Part shown: positions 54,532 through 63,725 of the stretch, piece after piece
Layout: every line of letters begins with the position of its first letter
Numbering within the stretch: the first letter of the stretch is position 1
Source: Bdellovibrio sp. qaytius
GTDB taxonomy: Bacteria; Bdellovibrionota; Bdellovibrionia; Bdellovibrionales; Bdellovibrionaceae
Length of the DNA: 64,000 nt
Assembly: GCA_004011035.1 (NCBI GenBank)
Contig: CP025734.1
Coordinates: 637,106-701,105, forward strand
Direction: 5' to 3'
Made by a program: the position numbers and the translations under genes
Notes under the pieces: generated by a model
Databases searched by the model: none
Told to the model about the DNA's origin: nothing
What the model saw: the letters and a program-made list of their open reading frames with translations, nothing else

Positions 54532-54642
54532 ATGGCTTTAAAAGTCGGTGGCAAAAAAAAAGGTACTAAAAACAAATCAGCTCGTCACAAAGCTAAAAGA
54601 ATCACTAAGAAAAAAAGAATGATCAAAGCCAACAAAAAGTAA
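54532..54642 (+). CDS. unannotated 36-aa highly basic protein MALKVGGKKKGTKNKSARHKAKRITKKKRMIKANKK
   Basis: AGGA SD 7 nt before the ATG; codons (gct, ggt, act, cgt, atc, aac) resemble those of the ribosomal protein genes; double TAA stop. Confidence 0.75.
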   Translation: MALKVGGKKKGTKNKSARHKAKRITKKKRMIKANKK

Positions 54643-54705
54643 TAATTTTTGGTCTGACGGCACGACGCCGTCAGAAGCCTTGCCAGGAAGGTAGCTTCGA
54701 ATTTA

Positions 54706-55317
54706 ATGAAAACTAAAAATATTTTTCTTATTCGACATGGTGAAACGGATTGGAATCGTGCTAAACGATTCCAAGGCCGCACCGATATCCCCCTCAATGA
54801 GGAGGGACGTGCTCAAGCACTTGCTCTGAGTCCACGAATCGTAGAACTAAAAATCGATTTAGTTGTATCGAGTTCTTTATCGCGGGCTCATGAAACAGCC
54901 TTAATTGCGATTCAAGACATTAAACTTCCGATTCAAAAAGATGATCGTTTGCAAGAAACCAATATTGGCGAAGCAGAAGGTCTGACTCACGATGAAATCA
55001 CTGAAAAATTTGGAGTAAGCCATATCGAACGTTGGCGCTCTTATGAAGAACGTGATTTGGATTTTAGATATCCTAACGGAGAATCAAAAAGACAGATGAT
55101 GGTCCGTGTTCGCGAAGCAGTTTTAGATATCGCCCAAAACAACTCTCACCAAAATATAGCCGTGTTTGCTCATGGTATGGTTATGAGAGCTTTGACTTTT
55201 GCTTTTCAACAAGGTGTCGAGTGGGATTTGACTCAATTTCACAATGGCTCAATCCATCATTTTGTGTGGGACGACAAAAGGCCAGAACACCTAAAATACA
55301 TTGGTAAAGTGAATTAA
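54706..55317 (+). CDS. histidine phosphatase (phosphoglycerate mutase-like)
   Basis: LIRHGET, SSSLSRAHETA, ETNIG and FAHG. Confidence 0.9.
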   Translation: MKTKNIFLIRHGETDWNRAKRFQGRTDIPLNEEGRAQALALSPRIVELKIDLVVSSSLSRAHETALIAIQDIKLPIQKDDRLQETNIGEAEGLTHDEITEKFGVSHIERWRSYEERDLDFRYPNGESKRQMMVRVREAVLDIAQNNSHQNIAVFAHGMVMRALTFAFQQGVEWDLTQFHNGSIHHFVWDDKRPEHLKYIGKVN

Positions 55318-55370
55318 TAGTTTAAAATATTAGCAGGGTTCCGTCAGTGACGGACAGAAGGACTTTGTCT

Positions 55371-57191
55371 ATGCCTGCATATTTTAAAAAAGTGTTTTTT
55401 AATTCTACTGGTTCATTTTTACCAGGACCAGCAGTTAACAACGACGAAATGGATTCGTACATTGGTTCAATCAATGCACAATCTAGCCGAATCAAACGTC
55501 GTATCTTAGCTGAAAACGGGATTAAATCTCGTCACTACGGCATCGATAAAGAAGGCCAAACTACATTTTCATCTTCAGACATGGCGATCAAAGCGATCGA
55601 AAATACTTTAGAAAATACGGGCGTTAAAATGGACGACGTTAAATTTTTAAGTACAGGCACCGTGGGCGCTGATATGGCGGCTCCGGGTTTTGCGAATTTA
55701 GTACAAGGTCAGTTGCGAGCTGCTCCGATGCAAACAATGAGCTTTCAAGGGATTTGCGCTTCGGGTGTGGCCGCGATGAAAGCCGCAGCTTCAGTTGTTG
55801 AGTTAGGTGAATTTGATAAAGCCGTAGCGGTTGCGACAGAGTTTCCTTCGCGTTTATTTAAAGCTTCTCGTTTTCAACAGATCGAAGAAAATTTAGATTT
55901 CGATTCGCACTTTTTACGTTGGATGTTGTCTGACGGTTCAGGTGCTGTGTTGATGGAAAACAAACCGCGCGAGACGGGTATTTCATTAAAACTAGATTGG
56001 ATTCATTTAAAATCTTTCAGTGGTGACTATCCGACATGTATGCAAATCGGTGCCCCGTGGGGCGTCGGACAAAATAAAAGTTATTTAGATTATTCGTCAT
56101 TAGCTGAAGCTGAAAAAGCAGGTTCATTTTTACTTCGCCAAGATATTCGTTTATTACCAAATTTATTTGATGTGGGTATCAGTGAGTTTATGAATTTAGT
56201 TTTGAATAACGAAATTCAGCCGAATGAAGTGGATCATTTCTTGTGTCATTACTCGTCAGAAAGATTTTCTGGCGTTGTAAAAACATTGATGGAAAAAGCG
56301 GGCGTTTTAATCCCACCAGAGAAATGGTACAGCAATTTAACTAGCAAAGGTAACACGGGAGCTGCTTCAATTTTTATTATGCTTGATGAATTCATGCGTA
56401 CTAAAAAACCTAAAGTTGGCGAAAAAATTCTTTGTTTTATTCCTGAATCGGGCCGCTTTACGGTTTCGTTTATGCTTTTTGAAGTTTTAGAAGATGGAAA
56501 ATCTAAAAAAATTGAACGTCAAAAACCAGAGGGTCAGTTATTTGAAAAATTATTATTAGAACTGGGTGGTGTTTGGCACAATTACCGTTCTAATGTTTTC
56601 AGAACTGAATTTGCGAATAAAATTTTTAATAATAAATTTTCAGTCGAAGAATATCAAAAGTGGATGGAAAACTGGGTTCCACAGGTGCGTGAGGGTAGTA
56701 AATGGATGCGCACAGCTATCGGAAACCTATCGAGTCAGTTTGAAGGTATTCAAGAGCTTATCGAAGAACATGCTGGTGAAGAGCAATTCGACTTTAAGGT
56801 TCTTTATGCCGATTACCAGAATGCGGGCGGTACAAAAGATATCGACGATCTAAAGCGTAATGCTGGTGGTGAAGCTTTAAATAAATACATGTACGAACGT
56901 GCTAATGGCGTTAATCCCTTAGGATTATTGGGTGGTATTTTTATTATCGAAGGTACCGGAAATAAAATTATTCCGACGATGTTACCTTTCTTAAAGAAAA
57001 GTTTAAATTTACAGATGAATGTTTTTAAGTTCTTAGAGTATCACGGTGAAAATGACGTGAAACATTTAGAGCGTTGGGCCAATGCTGTTGAATTAGCTTT
57101 AACAATAGAGCCTAAGGCTTATGACGACATCTTAGCTACAGCAAAAGAAGTGGCAAGGCTTTATCATGCACAATGGGAGCAAGTACTATGA
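55371..57191 (+). CDS. DarB/StlD-like beta-ketoacyl synthase III fused to a heme-oxygenase-like diiron domain
   Basis: KAS III triad in GICASG, LCHYSS and KGNTGAAS; C-terminal about 230 aa helical domain with QVREG, HAGEE, FIIEG and YHGENDVKH; AAGGA RBS before ATG 55371. Confidence 0.85.
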   Translation: MPAYFKKVFFNSTGSFLPGPAVNNDEMDSYIGSINAQSSRIKRRILAENGIKSRHYGIDKEGQTTFSSSDMAIKAIENTLENTGVKMDDVKFLSTGTVGADMAAPGFANLVQGQLRAAPMQTMSFQGICASGVAAMKAAASVVELGEFDKAVAVATEFPSRLFKASRFQQIEENLDFDSHFLRWMLSDGSGAVLMENKPRETGISLKLDWIHLKSFSGDYPTCMQIGAPWGVGQNKSYLDYSSLAEAEKAGSFLLRQDIRLLPNLFDVGISEFMNLVLNNEIQPNEVDHFLCHYSSERFSGVVKTLMEKAGVLIPPEKWYSNLTSKGNTGAASIFIMLDEFMRTKKPKVGEKILCFIPESGRFTVSFMLFEVLEDGKSKKIERQKPEGQLFEKLLLELGGVWHNYRSNVFRTEFANKIFNNKFSVEEYQKWMENWVPQVREGSKWMRTAIGNLSSQFEGIQELIEEHAGEEQFDFKVLYADYQNAGGTKDIDDLKRNAGGEALNKYMYERANGVNPLGLLGGIFIIEGTGNKIIPTMLPFLKKSLNLQMNVFKFLEYHGENDVKHLERWANAVELALTIEPKAYDDILATAKEVARLYHAQWEQVL

Positions 57192-58081
57192 TGAACCCGA
57201 ACGACATGTTTGCAAATATGCAGCATGACCCGGACGATCCAAGTCCATGGCATGCAATGTATTTAGATCAAAGCACTCCGCTTCGCCCATCTACAAAAAC
57301 GATGTGGCTTACGAATTCAAGCTCTGCTTCAAGACAGTTCGTTCTGCCGTTCGCTAGATTTTTTGCTAAAATTTTGATTATCTTTTTTCAAATTATTAAG
57401 GCTTTGTCGCCGATTGACTGGCGCGCGTCTCGTTTATTGCATCAGTTGATTTACTGGGGTTTAAAATACTTTGTAAAAGCTGAAGCTAATTATCTTATTT
57501 TGCGCCACTTCTGGGCGGGTTCAGAAATTTTAGGATTTATCGGCGGCAATGTGCCCGGAACAAATGTGCCGATGAATCCGTTAAAGCCAAAAAATCTTGA
57601 AGCTTTGAAAGATCATTTGTTTTTAACTCATGACCTGAACTTATTTAATTTCGTGATCAATTTAAATCGTGAACTTAAAGAGAAAAACTTAAAAATTAAA
57701 CCGATTGCAGAACCTAATTTTGCCATGGTCACTGAGGGTGAGTTTGATATTGAAATGCCTAAAGACGGCTTGTTTAATTTTATCGATTTAGAAACAGCTA
57801 TTGAGATTTATACTCCGGTGTTTCAGTTTTTCTTAACCGATAATGATTTCTGGCGCGCGACGAATTCGTTGCAGTTAGATGAAACCATCGGAATTTATGC
57901 AGCGACAATTTTAAGTTCGCAGCAGCATTTGGTTTTAGTGAATAATAAACATCCTTTGGTTAATTTAATCACTTTAAGCGCGGGGTTTCGTTTAGTGCTA
58001 CATGGTTTGTCGACAGAGATGGGCCATTGGTTATTAGTGCAAAAGAAACTTGAGCAGCGCGAACGTACAAAAACGGCGTAA
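57188..58081 (+). CDS. conserved unknown protein (DUF6999-like, from memory) coupled to the KS gene
   Basis: ATGA overlap with the KS stop; HDPDDPSPW..YLDQS.P, ANYLILRHF and SLQLDE. Confidence 0.7.
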   Translation: MMNPNDMFANMQHDPDDPSPWHAMYLDQSTPLRPSTKTMWLTNSSSASRQFVLPFARFFAKILIIFFQIIKALSPIDWRASRLLHQLIYWGLKYFVKAEANYLILRHFWAGSEILGFIGGNVPGTNVPMNPLKPKNLEALKDHLFLTHDLNLFNFVINLNRELKEKNLKIKPIAEPNFAMVTEGEFDIEMPKDGLFNFIDLETAIEIYTPVFQFFLTDNDFWRATNSLQLDETIGIYAATILSSQQHLVLVNNKHPLVNLITLSAGFRLVLHGLSTEMGHWLLVQKKLEQRERTKTA

Positions 58082-58086
58082 ACAAC

Positions 58087-58809
58087 ATGAACTTAGAACA
58101 GAATTTACAACAATTAGTTTTGCAATTGAACCACTGGCAATTTTTCTTGGTCAGTTTTGTTGGCTTTTCTGTATTGTATTTTTCATTTTGTACGATTTCT
58201 TATTATTTATTTTGTGTGAAGAGAATTTGGCCGCGTGTTCAAGATAAAGAATTTCGCCCAGGACAAATTAAAACTGAAATCAAAAGATCGTTTCTATCTA
58301 TTTTAATGTTTTCGCTGCTTGCGATTTGGTTATGCGAAGGTTTAAAGCGCGGAATTTATAAATTCGACTTTGAATTTAAGCTTAACACCTTCTTAGTCGA
58401 AGTTGTTGTCTTGTTTTTCTGGAATGAAATTTATTTCTATAGTTTTCATAGATTATTTCATTTGAAATCTTTGTATAAATATCATGTAGATCATCATTAT
58501 TCTTTCGTGCCTTCTCCGTTTTCTGCCTATAGTTTTCATTGGACTGAGGGAGTTATTTTAGGAGCGGTTATGCCCGCTGTGATGTTCTTTCATGACTTTC
58601 AATTTTACTCGATCATGATCTTACCGACGATGAGTATTACGATGAATGTTTTAGGACATTCGAATATTGATTTCTTTCCTAAATCAGGTCAGGGTAGTTT
58701 GTTAAGTTTTTCAAAGCGCCATAGTCTGCACCATAAGATACCGCATTCAAATTTTGGGTTTTTCTTACCCTGGTTTGACCAGCTTTTTAAGACCGTTGCC
58801 AAAGACTAA
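58087..58809 (+). CDS. sterol desaturase/fatty acid hydroxylase family protein 1
   Basis: His boxes HRLFH, HVDHH, (GH) and HSLHH; FSAYSFHW; TM segments. Confidence 0.9.
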   Translation: MNLEQNLQQLVLQLNHWQFFLVSFVGFSVLYFSFCTISYYLFCVKRIWPRVQDKEFRPGQIKTEIKRSFLSILMFSLLAIWLCEGLKRGIYKFDFEFKLNTFLVEVVVLFFWNEIYFYSFHRLFHLKSLYKYHVDHHYSFVPSPFSAYSFHWTEGVILGAVMPAVMFFHDFQFYSIMILPTMSITMNVLGHSNIDFFPKSGQGSLLSFSKRHSLHHKIPHSNFGFFLPWFDQLFKTVAKD

Positions 58810-58885
58810 TGTTTAGCAATTCTGGGCGGGTGTTAAAAACATCGACAGTGCCAGTGTTCCAAAACGTCTAAGTTGAGATTAAACT

Positions 58886-58901
58886 TGGAACGGCTTTGGC
58901 T
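58886..58901 (+). promoter_or_regulatory. possible sigma54 promoter upstream of the PLD gene
   Basis: TGGAACG-GCTT-TGGCT with GG and GC at the correct -24/-12 spacing. Confidence 0.35.
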
Positions 58902-58913
58902 ATGTACTTTAAT

Positions 58914-60734
58914 ATGAAAAAAAATAGCTCATTATCAATCGTATTGGCTGGAACATTAGCTGTCTCATTTTTAGCCCCTATTCAGGGTAAAGCACAGCTT
59001 GGGCAGATACTTCAGCCGCTTCAAGCTGCGGCCACAAATGCCATTACGGGCGAGCTATTAAGCGTTCAGCTGCAAAAGTTTACACAAATTGTGGGTGTAG
59101 ATGTTGGCTTAGTTGAGTCTGTTTTTAAGACCTTACCTTTAGAAACAGTAGTGCAAATAAAGGACATGGTCGCGACCTGGGCTTCGCAAGGTTTATTAGT
59201 AAATCCAAGTGCTCAATTTGGTATAGTTAAAGTGGGCGATAAATCTGAAATCGCTGATGTGGCTGAAAAAGATTTGTCTCAGGTTGAAAATGATATTTTA
59301 GATCTATTAATTTCATTACATGGCCAAGGTAAATTAATTCCGTTCGTTTCATCGTTAATTGAAATGTTAAAACAAGATCCTAAATATGGTCCGGTTGTAA
59401 GTGCAATTACACCTGAGAAACAATTGATGATCTTAGCTATGTTAGATCAAACAATTACTTCAACAGGATCTTTACGTAAGTTTTCAAAACAAACGTGGAC
59501 TCAGCTTTCTGAGCAATTAGAGGCTAAATTAAACCGTTTTGAAACTGACAAAAAATCTCAAACTAAACTTTCTGATGCGAAATTTAATGAAGAATTATTT
59601 GATGCTGCAAACTCGCAATATTTTTCGAGTGAAAATGTAAGATTATTAGTAAATGGACCTGCGTCTTTTGCGTTACGTGATGCAAAGATGAAAGAAGCTA
59701 CGAAATCTATTAATATGATTACTTGGGCCGTGCTTGACGATAAAACGGGAACAGAATTAGCGGATCTATTAATTGCTAAAGTTAAAGAGGGTGTTAAAGT
59801 TCGCCTTGTTGTCGACGGTCAAGTTAGCAATGGACCAGGTTATACATTACAAGTTAAACGTATGGAAGAAAATGGCGTACAAGTTATTCATTGGATTAAT
59901 CCTGCGGCTTCATTTATGGGTCAACACCGTAAGATGTTAGTTATCGATGAAAAATTAGCAATTATGGGTGGTATGAATCCAGGCGATACATATAGTCATA
60001 AAGCCGGTGAAGGCAAAAATTTATGGCGCGATACAGATGTGGCGTTTGAAGGTGCTGCTGCTGAACAAGTTCAGCGACTATTTACTTCAATTTGGAATAA
60101 ACAAATTGTAGACCGCAAGTTAACATTGAAAAAAATCACTCTTGTCGCGAGAGCGGCGGTTGGAACTTCAGATGGTCAAGCGATGATCATTGAACATCAA
60201 CCAATGTCTACGGGCGATCAGCACACGATTTTATTAACAATTATGAAATCGATTCGTGGTGCGGAAAAAACTGTGGATATCGAGAACGCTTACGTTATTA
60301 CGTTTCCGTCATTAACATTAGAAATTAAAGCGGCCATTGCTCGCGGTGTAAAAGTAAGAGTTTTAACAAATTCAACTAACAGCGTAGATGAAGCTGTAGT
60401 AGCCTTACCTATCGTAAGAAGTGCAAAAAAACTATTAGATGCAGGTGCAGAAGTTTACTTAAAAACAGGAAGCACATTACATTCTAAATTTATGATTGTC
60501 GATCAACGCTTGTTTTTAATCGGTAGTTATAACTTACACCCACGTTCTGAAAAAGTAGAAGGTGAGTCGATCGTAGTATTTGATAATACGAAGTTAGCTC
60601 AAGAAGCGACAGCGACTTTTGAAGATGATATTACTGAAGCGAAAGCTATTAAAATGGATTCAGGCGCAGATATTGTGATTCCAGTAAATGGAACGACGCT
60701 TTTACCGTTACGTATGTTTTACGATCAATTATAA
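58914..60734 (+). CDS. secreted phospholipase D / cardiolipin synthase-like protein
   Basis: Signal peptide ending GKA; two HxKxxxxD motifs (HRKMLVID, HSKFMIVD); long helical N-terminal extension. Confidence 0.9.
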   Translation: MKKNSSLSIVLAGTLAVSFLAPIQGKAQLGQILQPLQAAATNAITGELLSVQLQKFTQIVGVDVGLVESVFKTLPLETVVQIKDMVATWASQGLLVNPSAQFGIVKVGDKSEIADVAEKDLSQVENDILDLLISLHGQGKLIPFVSSLIEMLKQDPKYGPVVSAITPEKQLMILAMLDQTITSTGSLRKFSKQTWTQLSEQLEAKLNRFETDKKSQTKLSDAKFNEELFDAANSQYFSSENVRLLVNGPASFALRDAKMKEATKSINMITWAVLDDKTGTELADLLIAKVKEGVKVRLVVDGQVSNGPGYTLQVKRMEENGVQVIHWINPAASFMGQHRKMLVIDEKLAIMGGMNPGDTYSHKAGEGKNLWRDTDVAFEGAAAEQVQRLFTSIWNKQIVDRKLTLKKITLVARAAVGTSDGQAMIIEHQPMSTGDQHTILLTIMKSIRGAEKTVDIENAYVITFPSLTLEIKAAIARGVKVRVLTNSTNSVDEAVVALPIVRSAKKLLDAGAEVYLKTGSTLHSKFMIVDQRLFLIGSYNLHPRSEKVEGESIVVFDNTKLAQEATATFEDDITEAKAIKMDSGADIVIPVNGTTLLPLRMFYDQL

Positions 60735-60749
60735 TAGGAACGAGTTATT

Positions 60750-61487
60750 GTGAATGATGTTTTAGTTTTTTTAGCCATATTAACAATCGGCACAGTAAAG
60801 TACGGAACTCTTATGGGGATTCCGTATTATGTTTTCTGGATGTTAAAGCCATCATGGTTAACTAAATTTAAAAAAATTCAAGTGCAAGAACGCGCAAAAC
60901 CACAAGTTAAATTAGAGATGAAATACTCAAGCTCCACTTTGATTATCCAAGCTTTTTTCTTTTTTGGAATTTACAAACTGAACCAAGCAGGCCTTGTTCA
61001 CATCGTGTCTGAGCAATCTATTTGGAAAGACCTTATTGCGTTAGCGATCTACGTCGTTATTTATGATCCATTCTTTTACGTGCTTCATCACATTATGCAC
61101 AGAAATAAATGGCTGTACCGCAATATTCATGTGGTGCATCACCGCTCGTTAAACCCGACGCCATGGGCGACTTATTCTTTTCATCCTATTGAAGCGGCTT
61201 TGAACTTACTTTATTTTATTCCATTTTTCTTGTTAACAAGTGTGAGTGTTCCGATGTTAGCGTTTATCTTACTTACGACAGATATGGCTAATCTTGCTGG
61301 GCATTTAGGTTATGAAGTGTTTTCTGAGAAAGTGCAAAATAGCTGGTGGGGTAAATGGATTACAACGCCAACACACCACAATATTCATCACCAAGTTTCA
61401 AATTCGAACTTTGGGTTATACTTCAATGGTTGGGACGTTTGGTTTAAGACCTTGAATTCTAAAGATAAGCGTAAGAAGGCTAGTTAA
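60750..61487 (+). CDS. sterol desaturase/fatty acid hydroxylase family protein 2
   Basis: His boxes HHIMH, HVVHH, (GH) and HNIHH; WATYSFHPIE. Confidence 0.9.
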   Translation: MNDVLVFLAILTIGTVKYGTLMGIPYYVFWMLKPSWLTKFKKIQVQERAKPQVKLEMKYSSSTLIIQAFFFFGIYKLNQAGLVHIVSEQSIWKDLIALAIYVVIYDPFFYVLHHIMHRNKWLYRNIHVVHHRSLNPTPWATYSFHPIEAALNLLYFIPFFLLTSVSVPMLAFILLTTDMANLAGHLGYEVFSEKVQNSWWGKWITTPTHHNIHHQVSNSNFGLYFNGWDVWFKTLNSKDKRKKAS

Positions 61488-61626
61488 TAAGAGAGAACAG
61501 TGACTGGAAGCCAGCCGAGGCCTTCGTGATCAATGGGCTTTGCTCTGCAGCAAGGTGCTTTGCTAAATAAATCACCGTGAAAGCGCCAACATAAAATAAG
61601 AATAGTTTTTTTCTAAATTCGACCAT
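61480..61626 (-). CDS. possible 48-aa small membrane protein MVEFRKKLFLFYVGAFTVIYLAKHLAAEQSPLITKASAGFQSLFSLIN
   Basis: Open frame filling the gap between desaturase 2 and the ABC ATPase; basic N-terminus plus hydrophobic helix; weak RBS. Confidence 0.4.
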   Translation of the reverse strand: MVEFRKKLFLFYVGAFTVIYLAKHLAAEQSPLITKASAGFQSLFSLIN

Positions 61627-61728
61627 GGCGCGATAATACTTCACTTTCTACAGTTTGCGTGAATATGTTTCAGTTTTTGAAAACAATAAATGGTTGTCAA
61701 AAATCTTTACAGAGCAGACAATGGTGCA

Positions 61729-62406
61729 ATGTCATCAGTAGTAGAAATTAAGAATATATCAAAAAGTTATAAATTGGGCGAAACACATGTTGAAGCGATT
61801 AAAAACTTATCCTTAGTCGTAACAAAAGGTGAGTTCACAGCACTGATTGGGGCTTCTGGGTCAGGCAAAACAACACTTTTAAACTTAATTGGTTGTTTAG
61901 ATGGTGTTGACCGTGGCGATATCTTTATTGATGGCATGAATGTTAAACAATTAAATGAAAATCAGAAGAGCCAGCTGCGTAATGAAAAAATCGGCTTTAT
62001 CTTTCAATCGTTCAATTTGATTCCTGTGTTAAATATTTATGAAAACGTTGAATTGCCTTTAACAGTTCGTAAAGACATTCAAGCCCCTGAACGTAAAGCT
62101 AAAGTTGAAGCGGCTCTAAAAGATGTAGGCTTAAGTGATTTTATGCATCACCGTCCAGATCAATTATCTGGTGGGCAACGTCAGCGTGTAGCTATTGCCA
62201 GAGCATTAGTGACTTCTCCGGCTTTAATTTTAGCTGATGAACCTACAGCGAACTTAGATTCTAAAACTGCAAATTTAATTATTGATTTGATGTTAGAACT
62301 TAACAAAACGAAGAATGTGACATTTTTCTTTTGTACGCATGATGAAAAATTAATGAGTCGTGTGCAAAAAATTGTAAAAATTAAAGATGGTCAGATCGAA
62401 GCATGA
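61729..62406 (+). CDS. LolD/MacB-type ABC ATP-binding protein
   Basis: GASGSGKT, IGFIFQSFNLIP, LSGGQRQRVAIARAL and ADEPTANLD; the start may be 61690. Confidence 0.93.
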   Translation: MSSVVEIKNISKSYKLGETHVEAIKNLSLVVTKGEFTALIGASGSGKTTLLNLIGCLDGVDRGDIFIDGMNVKQLNENQKSQLRNEKIGFIFQSFNLIPVLNIYENVELPLTVRKDIQAPERKAKVEAALKDVGLSDFMHHRPDQLSGGQRQRVAIARALVTSPALILADEPTANLDSKTANLIIDLMLELNKTKNVTFFFCTHDEKLMSRVQKIVKIKDGQIEA

Positions 62407-63725
62407 TTTGGAAATTCGCTTATAGAAATTTATTACGCAATAAACGCCGTTCGTTATCAACGGGTGTCGCGATTTGTGTTGGTTTCGTAGGTTTAAATCT
62501 TTTAGGTGCGTATATCTATCGATCAAAGATGGCTCTAGATGTGACGTCGGTGTATTCGGCCCAACGTGGTCACGTGAGTATTTATAAAAAAGATTCGATT
62601 CAGCAATATCAAATTAAACCCAAAAAATACGTGTTTAGTCTTGAAGAGCAAAAGCAAGTTGAACAAGTGATCGCTGAATTTAGCGATCGGGTTGATTTTA
62701 CCGGAAAGAAAATCACGGTTCCTGGTTTGTTATCGAATGGAACTAAGTCGCATCCGGTTGTGATTTATGGTTTTGATCCAGTTGCGTATAAAAAATCTTT
62801 AACACAGCCAAGTTTATTAGAATGGGCCAGCGATTGGGTTTTACCTTCACAAAGAACTGATGCTGATTTATTTATAAAAAATCCTGAAACACTTTCGATC
62901 ACACCTAAAATTGCAGAGCTGATGTCATTTAAATACCCATTAATCAGTAATGAAGCTGTGCAAATCGCAGCTCGTACGTTAGACGGAGATTTAAATGCGA
63001 TTAATGCTGATCTGGGTGCCGAGCACACAACGGGCATGCAATTTCTTGAAGACACAGTGGTGTTGATTCCGATTGCGAAGGCGCAAGAGTTATTAGCGAC
63101 TGATGCGGTTGAATCAATTTCAGTTTATTTAAAGCATGACGTTTCGGTAAATCCATTTATTCGTGATCTCAAAGAAAAAATCTCTGGGTTAAGTTTTGCT
63201 ACCGATTTGTATAAGTTTGATGCCGTTGAGATCAATGCCCTTCATCAAGGAACAATGGGATTTTTGTATGTGATGGGCGGATTTTTTGTATTTTTAATTT
63301 GTACAGCGGTGAGCCTTACAATTATTAATTCGCTGACAATGGGTATTATCGAGCGGACTCGCGAAATAGGAACTTTGCGCGCCGTTGGCTTTAAGACAAA
63401 AGACGTTGTGCAATTATTTGTGCGCGAAAGTATTTTATTATCAGCGATGAGTATGGCTGTGGGTATTTTGATTTCATTTTTAGTTTCATCAGCCATTAAT
63501 GCGGCCAATGTTCGGTTTTTTCCACCAGGGGCGAGTCAGAAGATTCAGTTCGTGTTGAAGTGGAACTTATACATTGCTGGCGCTGTTTTTATTTTACTAT
63601 TTGCGATCGCGACTTTTTCATCGTTTTTTGTGATCAAAAGCAAATTACGCACAAAACTGATCGCTTTATTAAACGACACTTCAACTTTCGATGACGACAG
63701 TGAAGAAGAAGAGGAAGCCACATGA
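62403..63725 (+). CDS. LolC/E-type (MacB-PCD/FtsX) ABC permease
   Basis: AYRNLLRNKRRS, large periplasmic domain, ERTREIGTLRAVG; ATGA overlap with the ATPase. Confidence 0.9.
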   Translation: MIWKFAYRNLLRNKRRSLSTGVAICVGFVGLNLLGAYIYRSKMALDVTSVYSAQRGHVSIYKKDSIQQYQIKPKKYVFSLEEQKQVEQVIAEFSDRVDFTGKKITVPGLLSNGTKSHPVVIYGFDPVAYKKSLTQPSLLEWASDWVLPSQRTDADLFIKNPETLSITPKIAELMSFKYPLISNEAVQIAARTLDGDLNAINADLGAEHTTGMQFLEDTVVLIPIAKAQELLATDAVESISVYLKHDVSVNPFIRDLKEKISGLSFATDLYKFDAVEINALHQGTMGFLYVMGGFFVFLICTAVSLTIINSLTMGIIERTREIGTLRAVGFKTKDVVQLFVRESILLSAMSMAVGILISFLVSSAINAANVRFFPPGASQKIQFVLKWNLYIAGAVFILLFAIATFSSFFVIKSKLRTKLIALLNDTSTFDDDSEEEEEAT

